A model generated the notes under the pieces. That model had not been told where the DNA came from, did not search any database, and saw nothing but the letters and a program-made list of their open reading frames with translations. A stretch of 64,000 nucleotides of DNA from Macrostomum lignano (Eukaryota), in assembly GCA_002269645.1 (NCBI GenBank), contig NIVC01002678.1, forward strand, positions 86,056 to 150,055, written 5' to 3'. The translations under genes and the position numbers were made by a program. Position 1 is the stretch's first letter. Each line of letters begins with the position of its first letter. Positions 13,816 to 22,276 of this stretch are shown here, piece by piece.

Positions 13816-14267
13816 ACGCGTCAACTTTAGTATATACGAGTGGAACTCCTCCTTCGGAGGAGAAAGGGGAAGAACTCCCATCACCGGAATTCCATTCCCT
13901 GAATTATCCATCAACTGAAATTCCATGTCTTGAACCCCATCTTCCAAATCGTCTCCAAATTCTTTACAAACCTTTCAAAGACCATAGCTCAAAGACTCTT
14001 ACGTCTCTCATATCTACTCTCTCCTCTCTTCGCTATTATCGTGACTCTCTTCTCTCTCCTCTCTCTCATCTCATCTCTACCCCTACTTCCTTATTTATCT
14101 CTTCTTCCTCGTCTTTCGTCTGTACCCCCTCCTGTCTCCTCTGTTCTCTGTTCTATCACATCTCTATTCTTCACTTCTGTCTCCTGTCTCCTCTCTTCTC
14201 TCTTATCTCTCCTTCTTCTCTTCTCTCTCATATGTCATCTCTACTCACTTATCTATCGTCTCTCTTA

Positions 14268-14350
<83 letters not shown>

Positions 14351-16619
14351 TCTCATTTCTTATATCTCATATACGGTCTCAGACTCTACTTTCTTGTCTC
14401 CCATCTTTCTTTCCTCCTTTCCACTACCCCCCGTCTCTTCTCTTCTCTCTTTTCTAATCTCTAATCTCTTCTCTCTTATGTTCTCACTCATCTCTTCTCC
14501 TCGCATCTCTCATCTCTCCTCTCCTCACTACTTCCCTCTCTTAACTCTCTCATCTCTGATTTTTCATCTCTCTCCTCTCTCCTCTCGCTCTTTTCCTTTC
14601 GCTTCTCTCTCCTCCCTCTCCTCTCATCTCTACTACTTTATTTATATCTTCTCCCTCGTCTTTCGTCTCTACTCTCGTCTGTCTCCTTTCTCCCCTTTTT
14701 TCTCCTCTTTTCTCTCTTCTCTCTCCGCTCCTCTCTCATCTCTCATCCCTCATCTCACTCTTTCTTTCTCCTATTATCTCTCTTGTCTCCCTTTGCTATC
14801 TCATATATCCACTCTTATCTCCTCTCTCCTCTTCGCTTTTCTGTCCTTCGTTCCCGCCTTAATCCCCTCTTCTCTCCAATCTGTCATGTCTAATCTCTCC
14901 ACTCATTTCTACTCTGTTTTCTACCATCTCATATCTCTTCTCTTTTCATTCTTCTTTTTATTCTCTTCTCTGACTGATTGAAGATGCCAAATCAATCAAG
15001 ATCCTCTCCGCGAAGCAGAAATCCTGTCCGTGCAACTGAAAACCATCGAAATCCTCTCCGTGAAACTGAAGAGAATCGAAATCCTCTCCGCGAAACAGAA
15101 ATCCTCTCCGTGAAACTGAAAACCATCGAAATTCTTTCTTTTAAACTGGACTCAATCGAAATTTTCTCCGTCAAAAAGAATAAATATCAGGATTCATTGG
15201 TTATTGTTAAGGGTTAGGGTTAGGGTTAGAGCTACACACAGCTGCGTGTTCAAATAAAAAATGAACCAATTGAATCAATTGATTGCGCAACCGATTTCAC
15301 AGTCAGTCAGTATCAGTCTCAGTTAAAGTTAGCAAAAAAATTGCGCAATCTAAATCAACCCTCCAGTACACAGAGACCGACCCCTTTTCAATACGCAGTG
15401 GCAGTTAGAAATTGAACCTCAAACTTTTGGGGGCATTGAACAAAAAAATGAGTACAATCTTTGCATAAAGCTAAAAGTATGGAAATGGTTTTTTGAAACA
15501 TTTTATATCCTCGAACTCAGCGTTGCAAGATCTTTTCAGCAGTATAAGTCTCTTCTCTTAAAGTTTAGAACTCGAAGAGCAGTTAGCGTTTGAAAGTTCC
15601 CGTTTTAAAGCATTGAAATGTCGCGTGTACGTTCACTGCCTGCCAAAGAGGCTCGCAAGTTTATTCATTTACTACACAGGCCGGCTATTACACAGGGCAG
15701 CCTATTGAAAGGCACAGATAATAAAACAAAATTGATGGCGCAACTGATTTCACAGTATGTCAGTATCAGTCTCAGTTACAGTTAACAAAAAGATTGCGCA
15801 ATCTAAATCAACCCTCCAATACACAGCGCCCGACCGCCTTCCACTACGCAGTGGCAATTAGCAATTGAACCCCCCAAATTTATCTCTGACCTATCGCAAA
15901 AATAAGTACAATCTTTGCAGCAAGTTAAAAGTAAAAGTAATAAAATCGTTTTTTGAATGCTGTGCTTTTAATTTTTACAGTTAAAGCAAACAACTTATAT
16001 CCCTGAACTCAGCGTTGCAAGATCTTTCCAGCAATATAAGTCTCTCCTCTCAAAGTTCAAAAATCGAGCAACAGTTAGCATTTGAAACTTTCTGATTTAA
16101 AGCATTGAAATATCGAGTGTACGTTCACTGCCTGCTAGAGAGGCTCGCAAATTGATGCATTGAATTTCACTGTCCGCCAGTTAGCTAGGGTCCAAGTGTA
16201 CACACGCCGCCACTGAGAACGCTCCTATCCCCCACTGGAGAGAAAATACACTGCCAAGTTAGCAAAATTTTATGGCGCAATCACTTAAAATTCATGCAAA
16301 TTTTCAGCTCCAAGCAGAAAGAGGGGACAATTAAGATTATCAAAGGTCAAGACCGCCGTTTTCTGCTTTTTTGAGGATCTTAGAAATTAAAATTTCAGAA
16401 TTAAAATAGCCTATAGCCGACCTCGGATAATTTCCAATCTTCCCATATAAGTTTCAACGCTGAGTTGGCACTATTCAAGGAGGAGTTGTCGAAATGACAG
16501 ACAGACATACAGACAGACATACAGACAGACATACAGACAGACAAACAACGCGTCAACTTTAGTATATATAGATAGATAGATAGATAGAGATAGATATAGA
16601 TAGAGAGAAAGAAGATTGA

Positions 16620-17129
16620 ATCTCGACCCGTCCTAACTATTGCTATTTACACTCAGCCCAAGCCCAACCCCCCCATTCTGATTAAATTAACTGCACCCCC
16701 AACACGCGGAGGTTTTATTTGCATTTGCACCCACCCCCCCCCCTCCCCCCAAATACACAGCGACCCGCGGGCGGAGGTTGGGGTGGCTATTTTTACAAAC
16801 AGACTGCAACCCCTCTACTGGAGAGACAGAGTGGCCACAGGAGGGCCAAAGAAGGTTAGGAAATTAGTTTTCTGCTTTTTTAGGGATCTCAAAATGAGAA
16901 AATGAAATATTAAAATAGCTATAAACCCAGTCCGGAAAATTTGCAGTTTTCCCATATAAGTTTCAACGCTGACTTGCCAGTAGTTTAGGAGAAAAATTGC
17001 AACACACATACATACAGACAAACAAACAAACATCGCACCACTTTTAGTATTAAGAAGAAAATTGCAACACACATACATACATACAAACAAACAAACATCG
17101 CACCACTTTTAGTATTAAGAAGAAGAAGA
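16620..17129 (-). mobile_element. Diverged relative of the Helitron-like 5' module with a duplicated terminus; outermost 5'-TC at 17129/17128
   Basis: 16870-17120 aligns by eye with the array module (TTTTCTGCTTTTT..TTAAAATAGC..CCCATATAAGTTTCAACGCTGA..microsatellite..CTTTTAGTATTAAGA). The terminal ~60 bp is duplicated (ends near 17058 and 17129). The minus strand begins TCTTCTTCTTCTTAATACTAAAAG. Confidence 0.7.
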
Positions 17130-17167
17130 TAATTAGAATAAATGATGAATGCTTTGGTGCTGCTACA
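17130..17167 (-). repeat. Truncated 3' LTR of element 1 (38 bp)
   Basis: TAATTAGAATAAATGATGAATGCTTTGGTGCTGCTACA exactly matches 21498-21535 and is adjacent to the PPT. Confidence 0.9.
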
Positions 17168-17172
17168 AGATA

Positions 17173-17185
17173 CTCCCCCTTCCCC
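17173..17185 (-). promoter_or_regulatory. Polypurine tract GGGGAAGGGGGAG
   Basis: Purine run on the minus strand, 5 nt before the 3' LTR start TGTAGC. Confidence 0.85.
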
Positions 17186-17328
17186 ATAACGGAGTACTTC
17201 TAGGATTAAAACAACGAATTAACAGGAGGGAAATTTGGGGTAACAGATTCATGGCGCTACTTCTCTAGAATCAAATTGTCAAGTGTAATCAAGGAGTGTA
17301 GAATCAAGTCAAGTCAAGAAGTGTAGTA

Positions 17329-20300
17329 TCAAGGTGTAAAATATTTTATCGACGGCTGAGAGGCAAATCGAACATGGCGAAAACTTCTTGAACGAGTATT
17401 AGCGGCTGGTGAATCATTAGGCGGAGCAGTAGGCTCTGGAAGGGTCTCCGGTGGCGGCGGCGGTAGCGTAGCTGGTTTAAGTCGGTCGATTGACACTGTG
17501 GTGGGCCGGCCGTTGATCTCTAGCGTCATTGTTGTTTCATGTCTGCTAAGAACAGCGAACGGGCCTTGATAAGGTGCTTCAAGCGGACGCCTCACGCGAT
17601 CTAACCGTAGCCACACGTGTGTGCAGGAGTCCAGCGCGGTCGGCATATGGGTGGGGACCGGACGAGTTCGCGGTAGGCGGTAGGGGAAAAAAAATTGGTG
17701 GAGCTTGGTCGATAGCTCTGTCAGAGTCGAAGTGTCGGCCACTACTTGCGGAACCATGGGTTGCTCTCCAGTAACAAGTGAGAAAGGTGATGATCCGGTT
17801 TCGTCCGCAAAGATACGCATTCCAAGAAGAACGAGAGGCAGTTGGCTCAACCAGTATTTTCCGCGTGCTTTTAGGCCCGTCTTCAACGTTCTATGAGCGC
17901 GTTCGACGATGCCGTTGGCTCGCGGATTGTATGAAGAAGTTCGGATATGGTGAATCCCCAGGTGCTGCGTCAGGTTTTTCATGAGCTCGGCTCGGAACTG
18001 CGTCCCTTGGTCGCTAATCAATGTAAGCGGTGGTCCGAAGCGGGCAATCCAGGATGCTAGGAAAGTCCGCGCGACGGTCTCAGCCGTGGTGTCCATGACG
18101 GGAGTAGCCTCGATCCAGCGTGTGTATGAATCCACCATGGTCAGCAGGTATCGGGGTTTTGGTCCAACCGCGTCGGATTCGGGCGGCGTCAATGGTCCGA
18201 CTAGGTCGATGTGCACCGTCGTGAATCGTTGCGATGGTACTGGTAACTGGTGGAGCGGCCGGTGAATATGCTTGCTAACTTTGCATTGCTGGCAGCGCTC
18301 ACATTCAGTGACCCACTTCTTGATGTCGGCGAACATATTAGGCCAGAAAAAACGGTATCCGACAAGCCTCTGTGTCGCTTTTACTCCCGGGTGCGCCAAA
18401 GTGTGTAGCGAATCAAACACTTTTCGGCGAAGCGGTCCTGGTACTTCAGGGCGTGGGTTGGCTTGTGAAGTCTCGCAGCGAAGCGGGCACTCTGGGATTC
18501 CGATGTCAAAGTGCTTGAACTGGCCGGCCGGAGTGTCTTCAGGCGTTAGATCTTTCTGAGCTCTTGCAATAGCCGGAAGGTCAACGGCTGTTGGGACATC
18601 TTCTAAGAGTCGCACGTTGTTGGTCTGGGTAACTGAGGATGGTTCTGGACGAGACAGTGCGTCGGCTACTACGTTGTCTTTACCGGCGATGTATACAATG
18701 TCGAGAACGTACTCAGTTATCGCTGAAAGTTGGCGCTGTTGGCGGTCAGAGAAACGCTGTTTCCGATTCTTGAAAGCTCCCACGATTGGCTTGTGGTCAC
18801 AGAACACCGTGACAGGGCGACCTTGGACCATGTGCTTCCAGGTTTTGACGGCGGCGAAAATAGCCAGTAGTTCTCTGTCGAACGTGCTGTAGGCTCTCTC
18901 GGTATCCGACAGTTTGTGCGAGTAAAAAGCTAGGGGTGCAGACTTGTCGTCTACCACTTGATGTAGGGCTGCGCCTAAGGCCGTTGAGCTTGCGTCCGTA
19001 GTGATAGTGAGCGTTGCGCTAGGTTCGGGGAACGCTAAAGTTACGGCCTCAGCCAGGCTGTTTTGAAGCAGTTTCCAAGCTTCGTCATGCTGGTTCGTCC
19101 AGACGAACTGACTCGAACTGACGAGTTGGCGAAGAGGCTGTACTACTTGGGCGTATGCGGGGATGCAACGTTGGTAGAAACCAAACATTCCCAGATAGCG
19201 CTGGAGCGTCTTTTGATCGGTCGGGGCCTGCAGTTTGCGAAGGGCCTCCACTCGAGTGGGAAGTGGCTTGATTCCCTCGGCTGATACGAGGTATCCCAGA
19301 AATTCCACTGAGTCTCGGAAGAACTGACACTTCGCTGCGTTAACCCTCAGACCTTTGTCCGTTAGACGCTGAAGGATGGCTTGCAGATGTTGCTCGTGTT
19401 CTTGTCGAGAAGTGCTGTGCACTAGGATGTCGTCGATGTATGAAACGACAAAGGGGAAATCTCGAAAGATTGCGTCGACGAACCTCTGGAACGTGCTAGC
19501 TGCGTTGCGCAGTCCGAAGGGCATTCGAAGGTATTCGAAAGATCCAAAAGGGGTGCAGATTGCGGTCTTTTCTATCGCGTCTTCAGCCATGGGGACGAAG
19601 GGATAGGCCTTGACGAGGTCAAGGGTGCTGAATACTTTCGACCCATGCAGCTGGTTGTGGAAGTGGTTAATGTTCGGTATGGGGTACCGATCGGGCTTGG
19701 TCACGGCGTTCAAAGCTCGATAGTCACCACAAGGGCGCCAAGATCCGTCTTTTTTTCTCACCATATGAAGGGGCGATGCCCACGGGCTGGAAGATGGTCG
19801 GACGATTCCGAGTCGAAGCAGCTTGTCAAACTCTTCCTTTGCAACATTGAACTTTTCCGGTGACAGTGGTCGTGGTCGGCAGAAGATCGGCTCGCCTTCC
19901 GTTTCGATCGGATGTCGGACGCCTGTTGCGGATGGGGTCGTGTAGTCGGGCGCCTCTAGTACGCGTGGAAACTGGGTGAGCGGGTTTGATGGTTCCATTT
20001 CCGTTGTCACGTTGATTTGTGGAACTGGATCGGAAGAGCAGTTCAGGGCTGTGGATAATTCCGTTACTGGGTCTGTGATGCGTCTCGACTTAAGGTCGAT
20101 GATCAAACCGAACTTTACGAAGAAATCCGCTCCGAGAATCGGTGCCGTATTAGTGACGATGAATGTTGCTGGGTATGGTCGCCGGAGCCCCGGAATAGAG
20201 AGAGTCAGGCAGCATTGTCCAAAGGTACGGATCTCGTGTCCACCAATGCTGCGCAACTTCACGGGTGTCGGAGTAAGCAGATTTTGAGGGACGTACTGTA

Positions 20301-20544
20301 GAGGCAGGAGTGACCGTTCGGCTCCAGTGTCAACAATAAATGAAACCATGGTGCGAAGAACGTTGCAACGGAGTAACAAAGTGGTGGCCTTGCTCTGGTC
20401 ACGGGTCGGCCAGGGCACGTGACCGACTAGTTTGAAGCACTTTCTAGAGTTGGGCTGTTTGCACGCGAGTGATCTGGTGTTGTCTGGCGGCTGCTGAGCA
20501 TCGTTGTGGGTTTGGGACCGGGCCATTTGCACCAAGGTCGGCAC
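17329..20544 (-). CDS. pol: Pol polyprotein of element 1, uninterrupted, in the -1 frame relative to gag
   Basis: Protease IVDTGA; RT WRPCGDYRALN and YIDD; RNase H TDAS, DRELLAI, DHKP and VVADALSR; integrase H..HPG..C..C, HIDLVGP, SDQG and NGIVERAHR; GPY/F-like PYQGPF. There are no internal stops over 1071 codons. Confidence 0.96.
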   Translation of the reverse strand: MPTLVQMARSQTHNDAQQPPDNTRSLACKQPNSRKCFKLVGHVPWPTRDQSKATTLLLRCNVLRTMVSFIVDTGAERSLLPLQYVPQNLLTPTPVKLRSIGGHEIRTFGQCCLTLSIPGLRRPYPATFIVTNTAPILGADFFVKFGLIIDLKSRRITDPVTELSTALNCSSDPVPQINVTTEMEPSNPLTQFPRVLEAPDYTTPSATGVRHPIETEGEPIFCRPRPLSPEKFNVAKEEFDKLLRLGIVRPSSSPWASPLHMVRKKDGSWRPCGDYRALNAVTKPDRYPIPNINHFHNQLHGSKVFSTLDLVKAYPFVPMAEDAIEKTAICTPFGSFEYLRMPFGLRNAASTFQRFVDAIFRDFPFVVSYIDDILVHSTSRQEHEQHLQAILQRLTDKGLRVNAAKCQFFRDSVEFLGYLVSAEGIKPLPTRVEALRKLQAPTDQKTLQRYLGMFGFYQRCIPAYAQVVQPLRQLVSSSQFVWTNQHDEAWKLLQNSLAEAVTLAFPEPSATLTITTDASSTALGAALHQVVDDKSAPLAFYSHKLSDTERAYSTFDRELLAIFAAVKTWKHMVQGRPVTVFCDHKPIVGAFKNRKQRFSDRQQRQLSAITEYVLDIVYIAGKDNVVADALSRPEPSSVTQTNNVRLLEDVPTAVDLPAIARAQKDLTPEDTPAGQFKHFDIGIPECPLRCETSQANPRPEVPGPLRRKVFDSLHTLAHPGVKATQRLVGYRFFWPNMFADIKKWVTECERCQQCKVSKHIHRPLHQLPVPSQRFTTVHIDLVGPLTPPESDAVGPKPRYLLTMVDSYTRWIEATPVMDTTAETVARTFLASWIARFGPPLTLISDQGTQFRAELMKNLTQHLGIHHIRTSSYNPRANGIVERAHRTLKTGLKARGKYWLSQLPLVLLGMRIFADETGSSPFSLVTGEQPMVPQVVADTSTLTELSTKLHQFFFPYRLPRTRPVPTHMPTALDSCTHVWLRLDRVRRPLEAPYQGPFAVLSRHETTMTLEINGRPTTVSIDRLKPATLPPPPPETLPEPTAPPNDSPAANTRSRSFRHVRFASQPSIKYFTP

Positions 20545-21269
20545 GTACGGGCTTGTGAAGCGTAGAATAGATGGCCATTACAGATCTTAGGTCTCTTACG
20601 ATAGGATCGCTGTTGCCGGTGATCTCCTTCGTACGCCTGCCTAGGCTTGAACGCGCCGTGCGGTCTTGAATCCCTGGCTTCGGACGTGCGCTGAATGGGT
20701 AAAAACGGAGTTCGGCTGCCCGCGACGGCTAACATGCTGTCGGCGATTTTGGCGAAGTCTTCTAGCGGAGATTTTTCATGACCGACCAACGCAGAACGGA
20801 TGTGCGTTGGGAGCGCCGTGAGCAGGCGTGACTTGATGATAGACTCGTCGGCTGCTAAACCCACTTCGATGAAGCGGCGCTTAATGTCAGTTACCAATTG
20901 CGAAGGGCGTTTGTCGCCGAGTTCTACTGCTGCAAGGGCTTCCTCGATACGCTGGTGGCGGTTGGCGCGCAGTGAGTCTAGAACAGCTGTTTTGAGTCGG
21001 TTGTATTCGACGATGTCTATGTCGATGTAGCAGGCAACATCCTCCGGGAGAGCGGCCAGTGCGTGGTGGAATTTGGTGCTGGCAGAGCTGATTCCAGCCA
21101 GGGTAAATTGTGATTCGAGTTGGCGGAACCAAATCTCGGGTGCTTGACGGTAGAACGGCGGTGGTCTAATTGTGGCGCGTTGTACCGACGCTACCGGTTC
21201 CGGTATGGCGTTCTCCGAAGAAGCTGCTGGAGTGTCTGATGTAGGTTGTTGACGTTGGGTGTCTTCCAT
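20427..21269 (-). CDS. gag: Gag of element 1
   Basis: The first ATG is at 21269 (MEDTQRQ..; the track starts 10 codons earlier at a GTG). It contains PPPFYRQAPEIWFRQLESQF..TKFHHALAALP, typical of this Gag class, and C-x2-H-x9-C-x3-C (CNGHLFYASQARTCRPWC), the CHCC motif of the CsRn1 clade. Confidence 0.9.
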   Translation of the reverse strand: MEDTQRQQPTSDTPAASSENAIPEPVASVQRATIRPPPFYRQAPEIWFRQLESQFTLAGISSASTKFHHALAALPEDVACYIDIDIVEYNRLKTAVLDSLRANRHQRIEEALAAVELGDKRPSQLVTDIKRRFIEVGLAADESIIKSRLLTALPTHIRSALVGHEKSPLEDFAKIADSMLAVAGSRTPFLPIQRTSEARDSRPHGAFKPRQAYEGDHRQQRSYRKRPKICNGHLFYASQARTCRPWCKWPGPKPTTMLSSRQTTPDHSRANSPTLESASN

Positions 21270-21300
21270 TGTCGTAGTCGTCGAGTGTTGGGATTGCACG

Positions 21301-21311
21301 CTCTGCTACCA
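21301..21311 (-). promoter_or_regulatory. Primer-binding site TGGTAGCAGAG (initiator tRNA-Met-like)
   Basis: An 11-nt complement of the 3' end of metazoan tRNAi-Met (..CUCUGCUACCA), located 3 nt from the LTR. Confidence 0.8.
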
Positions 21312-21314
21312 ATT

Positions 21315-21535
21315 TGTAGCGTTAGGTTACCGCTACAAGCTTACGAGTGTATGTGGCACTTCGAAGATAGCTAGCAAAAGCGGGAGGCTTTTTAGTATAT
21401 TTTGTCATTGCGTTGGGGGCTATTTAGCGCTGGGGCGAACGAATAGTACAGAAGTGTCTATGGGTGAACTAAAGCGATTGGAATATAGAATAAGAAATAA
21501 TTAGAATAAATGATGAATGCTTTGGTGCTGCTACA
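21315..21535 (-). repeat. 5' LTR of element 1
   Basis: TG...CA termini with a 6-bp terminal inverted repeat TGTAGC/GCTACA. The PBS lies 3 nt inside. The PBS-proximal 23 bp forms a 7-bp hairpin (TGTAGCG...CGCTACA). Confidence 0.9.
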
Positions 21536-21595
21536 AGTAATTTTCCAACTCCAAAGTAAATGTAATCTGACAAAACGACTGACATTCTGTTTCAT

Positions 21596-22090
21596 ATTAC
21601 ATGCTACTTCATAGGGCATGCTATTTCTTGACATGCTATTTCATATAACATGCTATTTCATGACATGCTATTTCTTATAAAATGCTACTTCATGACATGC
21701 TATTTCATATAAAATGCTATTTCATGACATGCTATTTCATATAAAATGCTATTTCATGACATGCTATTTAATGACATGCTATTTCATGACATGCTATTTA
21801 ATGACATGCTATTTCATGACATGCTATTTCATATAAAATGCTATTTCATGACATGCTATTTAATGACATGCTATTTCATGACATGCTATTTCATGACGTG
21901 CTTTTTTATGACGTGCTATTTTATGACGTGCTATTTTATGACGTGCTATTTCATGACGTGCTATTTCATATAAACTGCTATTTCATGACATGCTATTTAT
22001 TGACATGCTATTTCATATGACATGCTATTTCATGACATGCTATTTCAAATGACATGCTATTTCATATGACATGCTATTTCATTACATGCT
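21596..22090 (+). repeat. 15-bp satellite (ATGACATGCTATTTC)n; resumes briefly at 26478-26510
   Basis: The period is visible directly and as the 5-aa repeats MLFHD/CYFMT in the ORF track. The same motif continues right of the LTR element that interrupts it. Confidence 0.9.
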
Positions 22091-22216
22091 TGTGGTATCC
22101 CCAGACTAATTGTTCATTTCATTTATCTATGCTTGTACCATAGAGTATTCTATTCTTTATATTACACGCGACCGCCAAGAGAAACTTTATATTGCTTGGC
22201 CACACGAACACCACAT

Positions 22217-22230
22217 TGGTGGCAGCGGTG
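22217..22230 (+). promoter_or_regulatory. Primer-binding site complementary to tRNA-Leu
   Basis: The 14-nt TGGTGGCAGCGGTG is the complement of the 3' end of metazoan tRNA-Leu(AAG/UAG) (..CACCGCUGCCACCA). Confidence 0.85.
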
Positions 22231-22276
22231 AAAAGAGAAAAGCTACGGATGTACTATTGAGAAAATACCTCGCAGG

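Larger units (their letters stand above)
1..16572 (-). repeat. Tandem array of ~2.8-3.6 kb composite units (non-autonomous Helitron-like), open at the left window edge
   Basis: The anchor AGTGGAACTCCTCCTTCGGAGGAG recurs at 751, 3553, 7150, 10463 and 13839 (spacings 2802, 3597, 3313, 3376). Identical spurious ORFs recur at 8282, 11654 and 14978. Each unit holds a CT-rich tract, a 30-bp minisatellite, TTAGGG repeats, ~450-600 bp sub-repeats and a (GACA)n tract. The array is seen directly; the Helitron label is inferred from the termini. Confidence 0.93.
17130..21535 (-). mobile_element. Ty3/Gypsy LTR retrotransposon, CsRn1/Boudicca/Kabuki-like clade; 3' LTR truncated
   Basis: The 5' LTR is 21315-21535 (221 bp, TGTAGC...GCTACA). 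The 3' LTR remnant 17130-17167 is identical to 21498-21535. PBS, PPT, gag with a CHCC motif and pol in PR-RT-RH-IN order are all present. Confidence 0.93.

Noticed and set aside
694-14981. Long L/S/F/P-rich ORFs (up to 399 aa) in the left array
   Set aside because: They are translations of stop-poor CT tracts, open in several frames, with no recognisable domain.
17574-21132. Short plus-strand and alternate-frame ORFs overlapping element 1
   Set aside because: These are shadow ORFs of gag and pol with no independent motifs.
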